A stretch of 64,000 bases of DNA from a virus. Taxonomy: Duplodnaviria; Heunggongvirae; Uroviricota; Caudoviricetes. The stretch is taken from the IMG/VR virus record IMGVR_UViG_3300037466_003234. The stretch is one strand, 5' to 3'. The position numbers and the translations under genes were made by a program. This document shows positions 1 to 9,537 of this stretch, piece by piece. The first letter of the stretch is position 1; each line of letters starts with the position of its first letter. The notes under the pieces were generated by a model. It was not told the origin of the DNA. It was given only the letters and a program-made list of their open reading frames with translations, and made no database searches.

Positions 1-462
1 GGTAAGGGCGATTCCATTCGAGCAGAAGACCGTTAAATCCAACTTAACGGTGAAATTAACGTCTCCATTGGCCTTGGGCGACTCAAGAACGGTCGTTTGG
101 GAGCCAAGAATAGATTTCCACATTCTTTTCGCGTTCTTAATGGCCAGAGAAGGCTTATAATCGCCCGAGTCAAAGTCATAACCCCAATCCTGAATGCCGG
201 GATTGTCAGAAAAAGACTCATCGGAATAATTCTTATATCCAGTAAGCTTTGCGATCTGAGACCGGGAGACCTTGAAAGTGAAGCTATTAACTAGAAGCTT
301 CATGTCGTCCGCGTAAGGGATAAAGAAAGTATTGCCCCTGCCAAGGCCAAGAACGTGGCTTCCTTCCTCGTCCGAGGTGCTATAAAAGAAATCCTTCTTC
401 AGGAATTGTCTGAAGTCGTCCAGACTACGCTTCTTAAGCTCAGCAGCGTCGTCTAGGGCCAT
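1..462 (-). CDS. hypothetical protein; N-terminal part only, gene continues past window start
   Basis: Open minus-strand frame from the ATG at 462 (MALDDAAELKKRSLDDFRQFLKK...) to the window edge with no stop. Absent from the ORF track because it is edge-truncated. Confidence 0.45.
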   Translation of the reverse strand, partial: MALDDAAELKKRSLDDFRQFLKKDFFYSTSDEEGSHVLGLGRGNTFFIPYADDMKLLVNSFTFKVSRSQIAKLTGYKNYSDESFSDNPGIQDWGYDFDSGDYKPSLAIKNAKRMWKSILGSQTTVLESPKANGDVNFTVKLDLTVFCSNGIALT

Positions 463-685
463 GCCTGGCGCATGAGGCGGCGAGTAGACCGTCTTATACT
501 CGAAGTTAAGCCGTGGAGTCCGGCCAGAGCAAAACTGATCCCTTACCTTCCTAAGCTGAACTTTTACAGGAACCTTCTCGGTCGAGATCTGCTCCAGGCG
601 ATGGTAAAGGCTATCGGAAACGAAATGGATAGGGTGATAGTCCTCAGCAAAGGCAGCTTGCGCGAACAGGGCCAATATAACGATA

Positions 686-1396
686 CTACTGACGTTCCAG
701 ATACACATCGACAGACTCCGTTTCTGTTGCCAATTTGCGGTCGCCGCTGAGCGTAACATGTTTTGGTTGATACCCTTCTGCGCGAATAACGATTTCTTTA
801 TCTGAAGGCTCGACCATTACGGTCATTGGATTACTAACGCACCGCATTACTCTTGTTAATTTACCACTAATTAACACTGACTGGCAAGCAGGAATTGACG
901 ATACAATTAACTGCTTATTCTGAGACTGAACGATCTCCTTCTTATCTATATGCCGATCAGAAGTGTCATTTTGGACATTGGCTGAAAATTTATTTTCAGG
1001 TTCGATCTTAGCCTTAGCAATATCGATCCGGCATTGAACCCAGGCTTCCTGAGAATCGTTAATTTTAGCCTCGTATTGCTTTTGGATGTCGCAGGTCAGG
1101 CCAGAGACGTTGTGACTTGCAGTCACTTCCTCATGGTAGGCGGCCATTTGCTCCGTTTCTACACTCAATGACTTTACCTGGAAGTCGCTACTCAACTGCT
1201 GCGTGGCAAGCGCTTTGCATTGATCTACTGCAAGCCGGATCGCAACGTCTCTGTCTGGACCTATACCGTGGCACGCTACAAGTAGCTTGCCTCCTTCTTG
1301 TCTGGGCGGCCTGGTTGCCCATTCCGGTCCTTCAGCAAAGGCGGGCAGGGTGAGCAATATAAGACCTACGAATCCAATGTTCACCCTGCCCAGCAT
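686..1396 (-). CDS. secreted protein (signal peptide), function unknown
   Basis: Start ATG at 1396 preceded by AAGGAAGGTGAG and forming a TAATATG junction with the upstream gene. N-terminus MLGRVNIGFVGLILLTLPAFA is signal-peptide-like. Confidence 0.55.
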   Translation of the reverse strand: MLGRVNIGFVGLILLTLPAFAEGPEWATRPPRQEGGKLLVACHGIGPDRDVAIRLAVDQCKALATQQLSSDFQVKSLSVETEQMAAYHEEVTASHNVSGLTCDIQKQYEAKINDSQEAWVQCRIDIAKAKIEPENKFSANVQNDTSDRHIDKKEIVQSQNKQLIVSSIPACQSVLISGKLTRVMRCVSNPMTVMVEPSDKEIVIRAEGYQPKHVTLSGDRKLATETESVDVYLERQ

Positions 1397-1397
1397 A

Positions 1398-2042
1398 TTA
1401 CTCACCTTCCTTGGCGTTTGAGGCAACCTTAGTTTCTGACTTCTTACCTTCTACAAAACGATCCCACTGAGCGTCCACTTTCTGCTGAAAGTTTTGGCTA
1501 AGCTTATGCTCTGCGACCTTTCCTGAGATAGCGTCATTTACAGCCTTCTTAAGATCTTCCTCGGGCATTGTCACAAGGCTATAGACCTTGTAATAGATCC
1601 GGCGAGATCCGTCGTCTTGGCTTTGAGCATAACGCTTATACCAATGACCTTCTGTCCGCATAGAATGGCTCGTTATCGAAGAGACTTCAGATCCAATATA
1701 CCGAGCCTGTGTTGAGTCCATTCCAGCGTTCTCTTCGCTGTTCTGGAATACGAATTCGAGTCGGTTCTCGATCGTCTTTGCGAAGTTAGCTCTCGCGTTA
1801 TTCTCCGCGATTCTAAAGCCAGCCTCCGGTCGATCTTCGCCACGCAGGGTAGTAACGCCGACTGAATAGACTTTACCGGACCGGATAACGAAAGGAGTAG
1901 ACTCATCAGCCCAATCAGGTTGGTCTTTCCCATTAAGCGTACTAAGAGTCTCATCTTTCTCATAACCTCTCACCGATGGGGCTGAAGAACAGCCTTGAAA
2001 TACAATGGACATAAAACCAATAACAACGATCATCTTATTCAT
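1398..2042 (-). CDS. putative secreted/lipoprotein
   Basis: ATG at 2042 preceded by GAGGAG. N-terminus MNKMIVVIGFMSIVFQGCSS (hydrophobic run ending in Cys). Confidence 0.55.
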   Translation of the reverse strand: MNKMIVVIGFMSIVFQGCSSAPSVRGYEKDETLSTLNGKDQPDWADESTPFVIRSGKVYSVGVTTLRGEDRPEAGFRIAENNARANFAKTIENRLEFVFQNSEENAGMDSTQARYIGSEVSSITSHSMRTEGHWYKRYAQSQDDGSRRIYYKVYSLVTMPEEDLKKAVNDAISGKVAEHKLSQNFQQKVDAQWDRFVEGKKSETKVASNAKEGE

Positions 2043-2053
2043 ACGTTCTCCTC

Positions 2054-2374
2054 TCACAGACAATTGCTAGCTAGGGCCTTCTTACGAAACTCTGGGCTAT
2101 CCGACGGAACGAAGTTAACGCTTACGCCGGAAAGACATCCCTGAAACTTTGGATCTTCCCATTTATTAACTTCGTTGTGGAAATCGGCGAGCATCCATTC
2201 GCTGGCGCACTCGTCTGCTGCCCAGGCATTGGCTGCCTCGGGAGACCGTGCGAAACCAGTCTTAAGAGCTATTCGGGCGGCTACAGACCGGCATGATGCG
2301 ATAAACGGAGCTTTCTTAGGATTCTCTCCTGCATACGCACTTGCGCATAAGAGGAGCACTACTACGTACTTCAT
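2054..2374 (-). CDS. small secreted Cys-containing protein
   Basis: AGGAGG SD. N-terminus MKYVVVLLLCASAYA signal peptide. Confidence 0.55.
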   Translation of the reverse strand: MKYVVVLLLCASAYAGENPKKAPFIASCRSVAARIALKTGFARSPEAANAWAADECASEWMLADFHNEVNKWEDPKFQGCLSGVSVNFVPSDSPEFRKKALASNCL

Positions 2375-2520
2375 TTTGCCTCCTAGTCAATCCTGACTGA
2401 TATACTCAGGTTAACAAAGCTTAGCAGTTTGGTCAACAATTATTTTTCTGCAATAAGTCGTTGACTTCACAGGGTCTAAACATTCACGATTAGGTACGTC
2501 AAAAATGACACGGAGGTCAG

Positions 2521-2814
2521 ATGATCGTTTTGGATGTTGTGTTAATGCGTATGGCTAAGGCTGTGCAGTACCTAAGCCCTACCGTTGTGGATGTTGCCGA
2601 CTATAGAGAGCCCGAAAACTGCAAACCAGAGATCGTTCTTCGAGTCGTTACTGACAATTTTAAGGACATTAGGAACAAAACCAGGGATCGCCTAGTGATG
2701 GAGATGGTTCAACATAACGATCCTGAGATGTCAGAGAAGCTGAATATCGTTTGCCAATGCCTCACTGAGCGCGAATATCGATTGTTTAAGCTCTCAAGAG
2801 ATTTCCTACACTGA
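2521..2814 (+). CDS. hypothetical protein with weak HTH/sigma-region-4-like C-terminus
   Basis: GGAGG SD 6 nt upstream. Segment CLTEREYRLFKLSRDF is weakly LuxR/sigma-r4-like. Confidence 0.5.
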   Translation: MIVLDVVLMRMAKAVQYLSPTVVDVADYREPENCKPEIVLRVVTDNFKDIRNKTRDRLVMEMVQHNDPEMSEKLNIVCQCLTEREYRLFKLSRDFLH

Positions 2815-2905
2815 AAATAACGCTTGCCAACGCTAATCTTATGTCTAACAATTAGACAATAAGCTCAATGAAGAGTTTAGATTAACCAAGGAAAGAGGTT
2901 ATAGT

Positions 2906-3178
2906 ATGGATATGTCGAGTGTACCAGTCGTAGGCAAGGCAGTTGTAGGTCTTGGCCTTATTAACATTGCTCTCACCGCAGCAAAGCAAATTCTTGATAA
3001 AGTAGCTGCAGGCAGCAAGGCCGACACCATCGTCGGTAAAGCTTGCGCGATTCTTGCTAAGATCCTTAGCTTTGTTACCGCAAACACGCAGGCTACTCCT
3101 GCAGCCGGCGCTACGGTAGCAGACCAAGTTGCAGCGGCTCCAGCAGCGCAGCCAGCAGCAGAAGCTCCACAAGCCTAA
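2906..3178 (+). CDS. small hydrophobic protein
   Basis: AAGGAAAGAGG SD. Ala/Gly-rich hydrophobic segment. Confidence 0.5.
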   Translation: MDMSSVPVVGKAVVGLGLINIALTAAKQILDKVAAGSKADTIVGKACAILAKILSFVTANTQATPAAGATVADQVAAAPAAQPAAEAPQA

Positions 3179-3214
3179 TAAGCTTTGTTTTAGGAGTTGT
3201 GAGGAAGAGGGCTG

Positions 3215-3243
3215 TCCAGGGATGGACGGCCTTTTTCTTTTTA
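3215..3243 (+). terminator. putative intrinsic terminator
   Basis: GTCCAGGGATGGAC hairpin followed by GGCCTTTTTCTTTTT. Confidence 0.3.
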
Positions 3244-3420
3244 AGAGGCCTCTTCTCTCTTTTCAGCACAAGCGTCGCAAGGGTAAAGAACTTTGCCATC
3301 CTTGACGCGGTAGATAAGCCTAAAGCCATCCACCTTCCAATTACTCACCTGCCGAACGTAACAAAGCTCGCAATCAGGGCATTTACATTCCATGTTGACC
3401 ATCTTAGGAGAAGGTGTCAT
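3241..3420 (-). CDS. small zinc-ribbon protein (59 aa)
   Basis: MTPSPKMVNMECKCPDCELCY...YPCDACAEKREEAS with CxxC...CxxC. Below the 60-aa track cutoff; weak RBS. Confidence 0.3.
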   Translation of the reverse strand: MTPSPKMVNMECKCPDCELCYVRQVSNWKVDGFRLIYRVKDGKVLYPCDACAEKREEAS

Positions 3421-3664
3421 GGGTGCAAATTAACCAATTGCGAGCTTTTGTCAATTATTAATTGGCGGCGCTGTCCTAACGTTTTGCAGAGATTTCCGAC
3501 GCATTCGCTTCCATCTCACAGCTACGGTCAATACTGTCGAACCAGACTAAGTTTCTGGCACCGATTGGCGTGTCTACAGTGGTTCCGTTTTGGCGTTCCC
3601 AACTTAACAGGAATCCCGCATTTGCCGACCACAGCGAATTCCCACGCCGCCGCCAAACTTTTGA

Positions 3665-3847
3665 TTACTTGGCGCCACCAATCTTGAGCGCGTCAATTTT
3701 GGCTTGGGTTTGCTTGAGATCTTTAGCAAGGAATTCCTTGTATTGCTTCTCGCGACCCACATTCTTAGGTCCAACGTCGCTGGACTGAATCTTCGCTTGA
3801 AGATCTGCTGCGTACTTAGTTAATCTTTGCAATTTGCTGTCAGCCAT
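3665..3847 (-). CDS. hypothetical small protein
   Basis: GAGGGAG SD; coiled-coil-like. Confidence 0.5.
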   Translation of the reverse strand: MADSKLQRLTKYAADLQAKIQSSDVGPKNVGREKQYKEFLAKDLKQTQAKIDALKIGGAK

Positions 3848-3849
3848 AT

Positions 3850-4092
3850 TTATTTCTCCCTCTTATTAAAATGCTCATCACAGAAGTATTCGCTATAGAC
3901 TTCTCCATCGCGAACGCCGTGACATCCTCTAGTGCTTTCGGCACCACACTTACAATTCATGCTTTGACCAAATACAGTCTCGGCCTTTTCCTTACTTTCT
4001 TCGGCTCCAACACCATCAACGCTATAAAGCATAGTAGTGCTGTACCCACCAACATCCTTGTTGTTCTCATACTCTTTCCTTAATGCGATCAT
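3850..4092 (-). CDS. hypothetical small Cys-containing protein
   Basis: AAGGAAGGAA SD. Confidence 0.5.
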   Translation of the reverse strand: MIALRKEYENNKDVGGYSTTMLYSVDGVGAEESKEKAETVFGQSMNCKCGAESTRGCHGVRDGEVYSEYFCDEHFNKREK

Positions 4093-4511
4093 ATTCCTTC
4101 CTTGGCCTTTTTAACTGCTCGTATTGCGCTACTGGACAGATGAACCTTGTCTCTTCCAGAAATAATGTAAACGACCGGAATCTTGAGGCCTAGATCCTCG
4201 TACCAATATTGCTGGATCTTCTCGTCCTCAAAATCCTTAGTGTTTCTAAGGCCGCGAATAATAGCACAGGCGCCTACTTCAGCTGCGTAATCCGGTAGAA
4301 GGTAATTAAAGTGATGAACGCTGACTCTGTCCACGTATGACAAAGCGATGTCGAGCGGAAGAACGTTTTCAAAGTCAGGATAAGCATCCTTATCTGGATT
4401 AATTCCAGGGGCTACAATGACTTTGTCGAACATCTGAAGTGCAGCTAGTAAAACCTGCGTATGTCCGGCATGCCAGGGATTAAAGCTGCCAGGATAGATA
4501 GCGACTCTCAT
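4089..4511 (-). CDS. nucleotidyltransferase of the cytidylyltransferase superfamily (PPAT/CoaD-like or NMNAT-like)
   Basis: MRVAIYPGSFNPWHAGH carries the (H/T)xGH motif. MFDKVIVAPGINPDK, IIRGLRNTKDFEDE and ISGRDKVHLSSSAIR parallel CoaD MFDHVILAI / LIRGLRAVADFEYE / ISSSLVKE. The ATG overlaps the upstream stop (ATGA). Confidence 0.65.
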   Translation of the reverse strand: MRVAIYPGSFNPWHAGHTQVLLAALQMFDKVIVAPGINPDKDAYPDFENVLPLDIALSYVDRVSVHHFNYLLPDYAAEVGACAIIRGLRNTKDFEDEKIQQYWYEDLGLKIPVVYIISGRDKVHLSSSAIRAVKKAKEGI

Positions 4512-5011
4512 GACAGTAAGATCCCGATAATAAGATAGTGGGTTAAGTGATGAACGCCTTGGTCGAGGCCCAAGGCCCACCAAAAGTAGGTGTTTTCCTT
4601 GAGGCGCTGGCGTGCCCACGTAACCTTTTGCTTATATTCTTCACCGATAACAGCTACAGGCATATTGCCTTCAGCCATTTGAGCAACACCTGGGTAGCAA
4701 TTCGCATCCAAGGATTTATAACGACCAAGAAGGTTTGGGCTCGCTTTAATGCGATCCATAGCGAAATGTAGAACAAAATCTAGTAGACCAAGACCGATTG
4801 GCAGCAATTGATGGTCGTGAAGTTTGCCTGTAACAATGAGATAGAAAGAGGCAATGATCCACGTTCCAACTAGATGGACTAGGGCGTGCGCGGAGAGCGG
4901 TAAGATCCACTCACGTCCGCCCTTGAACTTCCCAAGCATGTAAGGGGTCTGCAAAGGATAGTCGCAAAAGAAGTGTTTAAGCTGAAACAGAACTAGAAGT
5001 AGGTAGATCAT
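4508..5011 (-). CDS. integral membrane protein
   Basis: Multiple hydrophobic helices (LLLVLFQL, LVGTWIIASFYLIVTG, WWALGLDQ...IIGILLS). Confidence 0.5.
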   Translation of the reverse strand: MIYLLLVLFQLKHFFCDYPLQTPYMLGKFKGGREWILPLSAHALVHLVGTWIIASFYLIVTGKLHDHQLLPIGLGLLDFVLHFAMDRIKASPNLLGRYKSLDANCYPGVAQMAEGNMPVAVIGEEYKQKVTWARQRLKENTYFWWALGLDQGVHHLTHYLIIGILLS

Positions 5012-5328
5012 TCTTCGTCATCCATTCCTGCCATAATCATGGCAAATTCGATATCGTCCACTGCCTTAGAGATGTTGAGCTTATAGGCTTCTAGCTGTTC
5101 TTTTGTAGCTACATAGGCTTTGCCGTGACTCGTGAGCACGACGGCGCCATTTTTCTCAACTACATAAGTGTCTTCCGTACCTTCTTTCTTATGAAAGAAT
5201 CTAACAGTGAAACCGTATTCATCGCACTCCCAGCCGGAGTAAAACATGCGAAAGGCTTGCACTTCATAGATTCTCTTATTGGGAAAGAGATCTTGAATTG
5301 CTGATACTGGAATTCTTGCGCTCTCCAT
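5008..5328 (-). CDS. hypothetical protein
   Basis: GGAG SD; ORF. Confidence 0.5.
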   Translation of the reverse strand: MESARIPVSAIQDLFPNKRIYEVQAFRMFYSGWECDEYGFTVRFFHKKEGTEDTYVVEKNGAVVLTSHGKAYVATKEQLEAYKLNISKAVDDIEFAMIMAGMDDEE

Positions 5329-5416
5329 TTTATAGCTCCGTCATTAAATTCGCGGTATAACGATTTTTCCGTGTTAATTGCGTTATATGCGACTTAATAC
5401 TCAATATAATTAACGC

Positions 5417-5716
5417 TCATCCTCTCATTGGATCGCCGTAATTATGGTTCACACACTTGTCACAGGCACATTCAAAATCGTGCTCTTCCTTACGCATTCC
5501 AACGAACTGAATCCTATGATTCTTGATGGTCGAAAGAGAGTTGATCAGCTGATCAATATCAAACCAACCGAGATTGGTTCCGCCTTCTCCTTCTTCGCCA
5601 AAGCGAAGCTGAACCATATTGTCACCACCATCCAGAGAATCGGTGCTAATGGAAAGTCCATCGTCACCCTTGTCGGCAGCAACATAGATCTTAATTTCAG
5701 TAAAAGTGCGGCTCAT
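5417..5716 (-). CDS. hypothetical protein
   Basis: GGAGG SD; ORF. Confidence 0.5.
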   Translation of the reverse strand: MSRTFTEIKIYVAADKGDDGLSISTDSLDGGDNMVQLRFGEEGEGGTNLGWFDIDQLINSLSTIKNHRIQFVGMRKEEHDFECACDKCVNHNYGDPMRG

Positions 5717-6129
5717 TTTTCCTCCACAAGTCTTGCAACTTCACATTTTTCCTTGTACTCCCAGGTCTTACCGATCTCAGCCGAAATAACTCTGCCGATA
5801 ACGGTCTTCATTGGATTCTTAATGTCATCGACCAAAATAACATCACCAATGCTAAGATTGCGGATTTCAGAGATGGCCTGGTCGCGAGAAGAGTAGATCC
5901 TCACGGAGCCCACATTATGGTCTTCATGATCAAAGTATGCGTGCCTTACATATTGCTCAACAGAGCCGTAAACTACGGAGGAGAACTTACGACCATCCTG
6001 AAGCTCGTATTCGATGCTGGTTGCACCAATATCTAACTCTTGAGTCTCGTAAACAATGTGATCTTTACGTTCTTTCTTAGGAACTTCGATCTTCTTTTCT
6101 TCAGTCTTATTTTTCTTTTTGAAAAACAT
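5713..6129 (-). CDS. hypothetical protein
   Basis: ATG at 6129 with GGAAGGAAA SD. TAATG overlap with the upstream gene. Confidence 0.5.
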   Translation of the reverse strand: MFFKKKNKTEEKKIEVPKKERKDHIVYETQELDIGATSIEYELQDGRKFSSVVYGSVEQYVRHAYFDHEDHNVGSVRIYSSRDQAISEIRNLSIGDVILVDDIKNPMKTVIGRVISAEIGKTWEYKEKCEVARLVEEK

Positions 6130-6398
6130 TATTTGTTTCCTTCCAACCAATGTCTAAAGTTCTCTGCATCCGGTCCACAAAAACCTAGCGCAGCGTCATA
6201 GCAATCCTGCACGGCATCAGGCTCGCCTGTCGTATATTCTGGGCAAAGCTTTTGCGCAGCCGTATAGCAGCCTGTTTCATAAGCGTTTTGGGCAAGCTGC
6301 ATGCGACGCTCGCGCTGCACATCTCCATCGCGATAAGACTTGTAGCTTAGCAGTAACATCGCCACGACGAAGAGGATGATAAAAACCGTATCTTTCAT
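6129..6398 (-). CDS. membrane-anchored Cys-rich small protein
   Basis: N-terminal TM FIILFVVAMLLL, then 6 Cys. Confidence 0.45.
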   Translation of the reverse strand: MKDTVFIILFVVAMLLLSYKSYRDGDVQRERRMQLAQNAYETGCYTAAQKLCPEYTTGEPDAVQDCYDAALGFCGPDAENFRHWLEGNK

Positions 6399-6449
6399 GC
6401 TTAGAGAATATCTGACTAAAGAAATAAGCGCAATAAGAAAAATAAGGAA

Positions 6450-6995
6450 TTAACTCTTTTTGCGAGGGCCGGAATTGTCTTTCGAGGTCTTACCTTTATG
6501 GCAGGTATTGCAAATAGCCTGGTGATTATCAAGACCTAGGCTTTGTCCGCCCTTTGAAATGGGCACAATGTGATCAACTTCTATACGGCGCTCTTTGGGC
6601 ACCTTACCCTTAAGAAGCTTGATCATATACCAAGAAAACTCCTCTTTGAGGTCTGGAACCTTGAGATTTTTCTTGCGCATATAATCGCTAACTTGGTTAA
6701 CGAACGGCATGTAGTCAAATTGACACATGTTGCACTTATATTCTTGTCTTGCAAGAAGCGCGTTAAGTCCGTGCTCCTTTTGCGGATAGGCCCAAGCCAT
6801 GGCGCTATCGGAGCACTTTTGCGAACAGTATTTTCGCTGCCTTGATGTAAACGTTTGCTCGGCGCACCAGCAGCACTTGAAAAGCTTCTCTTCCGTCTCT
6901 ACCTTGATCGAGCGTAGCGATCCAAGGTGAATCGAGCGCTCGCGGCACGACTTCGTTAATTCCTCAATCTGCGGATTCCCAGGCTTCTTAAACAT
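6450..6995 (-). CDS. HNH endonuclease
   Basis: C-terminal EVDHIVPISKGGQSLGLDNHQAICNTCHKGKT is the HNH motif. Multiple CxxC. ATG at 6995; the track start is a TTG. Confidence 0.7.
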   Translation of the reverse strand: MFKKPGNPQIEELTKSCRERSIHLGSLRSIKVETEEKLFKCCWCAEQTFTSRQRKYCSQKCSDSAMAWAYPQKEHGLNALLARQEYKCNMCQFDYMPFVNQVSDYMRKKNLKVPDLKEEFSWYMIKLLKGKVPKERRIEVDHIVPISKGGQSLGLDNHQAICNTCHKGKTSKDNSGPRKKS

Positions 6996-7136
6996 CGTCA
7001 AACATCAGTAGGGCGTAAAAACATGTGCCTGCCATCAAACCTAAGAAAGCGTTTGTTGAAGGATGTTCGCAGTAATTACCTGCGGAAGAAAGTAAGAAGC
7101 AATAGGCGCAGAGCCATTTAAGGAACCTCTTTAGCT

Positions 7137-7328
7137 TTAGCACTCTTCGCACCTATCGCAGATATATCCCATCGGCATGACGACGTGCCCATTATGGCTC
7201 ATCAGCTCGAACGGCTGATCGCCGCAGGCAGCGCACTGAACCGGATGGTCATCGAAGTGCGTGCGCGGAAGGTTACTGTAAATTAACGAAAGGAGTTCTT
7301 CTTTTGAGAGTTCTGAGATCTTTTTCAT
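7137..7328 (-). CDS. small zinc-finger protein
   Basis: CAACGD...CDRCEEC Cys pairs. Confidence 0.45.
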   Translation of the reverse strand: MKKISELSKEELLSLIYSNLPRTHFDDHPVQCAACGDQPFELMSHNGHVVMPMGYICDRCEEC

Positions 7329-7329
7329 A

Positions 7330-7545
7330 TTAATCTCTTAATACGCAAACGCGGTAAAAACCCTTCTCGTCTTTGACAGGATAAAGACCGTTTGCGACAT
7401 TAACTTTGTACACGTACTTAATGTCTTGATCGTTCTCATGGCCGATCGAAACCCACATGCCGCGTTGGCCTGGGTTTGGATTCGTCTCAACTTCCTTAAG
7501 AATTAAAAGACCTTTTTTATCCTTTGCAAGCTTATAAAATCTCAT
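7330..7545 (-). CDS. hypothetical small protein
   Basis: ATG at 7545 with perfect AAGGAG SD (MRFYKLAKDKK...). Confidence 0.5.
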   Translation of the reverse strand: MRFYKLAKDKKGLLILKEVETNPNPGQRGMWVSIGHENDQDIKYVYKVNVANGLYPVKDEKGFYRVCVLRD

Positions 7546-7555
7546 AATTAACTCC

Positions 7556-7741
7556 TTAGTGGCACCAACAACGGCAGTCTGGGTTATCGCAGCACGGCTG
7601 AATAATGGACTCATACCAGGCTGTACATGAGGGGCATCTAACGTAATGCTGACCCGGAATATCTATATCAGTGTTCTCATCGTTACAGCGCCATTGACTT
7701 GAGTCGGACTCTTGTCCGCACTCGGGGCACTTCTGAAGCAT
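7556..7741 (-). CDS. Cys-rich zinc-binding small protein
   Basis: CPECG...CPSC...CCDNPDCRCWCH. Confidence 0.45.
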   Translation of the reverse strand: MLQKCPECGQESDSSQWRCNDENTDIDIPGQHYVRCPSCTAWYESIIQPCCDNPDCRCWCH

Positions 7742-8865
7742 TAGCCTCTATTCCTTTTGTAAAGCTCTGCAAGCGTTGCTGCGCTATTCTTTGTAATAAT
7801 ATCAGCTTTCACTTCGACTGTGTTATTGGCGATATTTTCTGAGCGCTTGTTTCGAACGATCGAATCCCTATAAAGTTCGGCTGCATTGCGGGCAGCTTCG
7901 TTAACAGTACGCACCGATTCCTTATAGGATTCAGAGTGTGCTTGAAGAAGCTCGTCTTGCGTAAGGCCAAATTGTACGTGAACAGTTTCAATATCGTACT
8001 TTGATGCTGGATCAACGCCGTCAAGGTACTTCGTCATACCTTCGTAGGTTGCGTATTTAACGCCTGGCACATGGCATGGGCTCTTTGGGCTCTGTAAGAA
8101 TTCGGCAAGCGAAATACCCAAAAGCTTTGGGATCTTCTTTGAATCTAGGAAAGGAAAGCAAAAGAGCGTGAACGTATTAAAGCCAGATCCGGTCTGGTCG
8201 GCCATGATCATCATGGATGGCATTGCCAAATGACCTAAGATCAGACCTTTATCGCTTAGGAGCTTGAGGTCATCAACTAAAGCTTGCTGAGCACGCTGAA
8301 GGTCTGGAGCCTCAAACGTAACAGATAGAAAAATAGCGGGCTCGACCCTGCGAATAGGATGGCCAACGTGAAGTAACGGCAGGAGCTTGATTTCATTCAA
8401 GCGATCCAAGTACTCGAATCGATTTTCGATCTTATAGAGGCCTGCGGCCTTCAAGCGGCGCTTGTTAATTAACGAGAACAGGGCGTTAATTGGCTTTGCA
8501 AGGACGCCAAGGATTCGGGCGCCGAAAGATGGATAGTCGGTGTATTGGTAAAGAACTGAATTGGACTTAACCTTTTCGAGGGCCTTTTTGATCTTCGGAT
8601 AGTCATCCAACATGACGGAGGCATCAACGATGTTGAGTAACTTGCCGTCGTTGCGACCGCTCGTAGAAGTAGGAAGGAACTTGACCTTCTCGCCTTCGGT
8701 CTTTTCGATAAACTCGGCTACGATCTCGGTCGGCGTCTTTCCAAGGATGTGCCCTTGGACGGCGTCAAGGCCGGAAAGCACATAGTGCCTAATCTTGTTC
8801 CCACCCATCTGGCGGGCAAAGCGCAGGGACAAATCTACTTGGGCTAAAGGACGAAGTTCGATCAT
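7741..8865 (-). CDS. hypothetical protein (374 aa)
   Basis: ATG at 8865 with GAGGTGA SD (the track start is a GTG). No family recognised by eye. Confidence 0.55.
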   Translation of the reverse strand: MIELRPLAQVDLSLRFARQMGGNKIRHYVLSGLDAVQGHILGKTPTEIVAEFIEKTEGEKVKFLPTSTSGRNDGKLLNIVDASVMLDDYPKIKKALEKVKSNSVLYQYTDYPSFGARILGVLAKPINALFSLINKRRLKAAGLYKIENRFEYLDRLNEIKLLPLLHVGHPIRRVEPAIFLSVTFEAPDLQRAQQALVDDLKLLSDKGLILGHLAMPSMMIMADQTGSGFNTFTLFCFPFLDSKKIPKLLGISLAEFLQSPKSPCHVPGVKYATYEGMTKYLDGVDPASKYDIETVHVQFGLTQDELLQAHSESYKESVRTVNEAARNAAELYRDSIVRNKRSENIANNTVEVKADIITKNSAATLAELYKRNRG

Positions 8866-8891
8866 AATCACCTCGTCCTGTTAATATCATA

Positions 8892-9455
8892 TCAAGGTTT
8901 GCCGGATCGGGCGTTTTTAACGATTTCTTCTTCGGACATTTCGGGCGCTACCTGCTTAGCCCACTTAACGAAGTCCGTCTCTAACATGCGATCAATGCGG
9001 CCTGCAAAATTCTTATTGGGAGCGTAGCAGACTAGGGCAACGCTGTTGCCATTTTTAAGAAGCTTGAAATCTTCAGGATTGGCGATCATCCAGTAGCGCG
9101 GGGCGAGCCTGACCACATGGTTGGGAAGGCCATAGTTCTCGACCGAGTTTATCGCAGCCTCTTCGACCATCTCAACGAGGTCTCGTTTAAAGAGAAACTT
9201 CAGGGTCAGCTGGGGCATCAAGGATGCCAAGGCCACGTCGGCCACATGACCGCGAATTAACGTGACGGCCCTGCGATCATATAGATCGACTTCCTCAGCC
9301 CTACCGTCCTCTTCAAAAGAAGTGGTTCCGATCTGGCAGTTATAATGCTGGACGTTAAATTTGATGTTAACGGTCGCCACCGCGTCCAAGAACTCTTTGA
9401 AAGTGACGAACTTAACGTTAAAGCCGACGACAGTTTGTTGATAGGCGGTTTTCAT
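8892..9455 (-). CDS. hypothetical protein (187 aa)
   Basis: ORF. ATGATATTAAC motif upstream, shared with the next gene. Confidence 0.55.
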   Translation of the reverse strand: MKTAYQQTVVGFNVKFVTFKEFLDAVATVNIKFNVQHYNCQIGTTSFEEDGRAEEVDLYDRRAVTLIRGHVADVALASLMPQLTLKFLFKRDLVEMVEEAAINSVENYGLPNHVVRLAPRYWMIANPEDFKLLKNGNSVALVCYAPNKNFAGRIDRMLETDFVKWAKQVAPEMSEEEIVKNARSGKP

Positions 9456-9537
9456 GCCCAGTTAATATCATGGAGATGGACGCCAAATGGTTGAAAGGGG
9501 CGTCCAAGATAAGAGGGCTTATTCTCCCAGGCCCCAC

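Noticed and set aside
3199-3687. 162-aa plus-strand ORF
   Set aside because: It overlaps the small minus-strand zinc-ribbon gene and an intergenic region with palindromes. No RBS, and its composition is non-protein-like.
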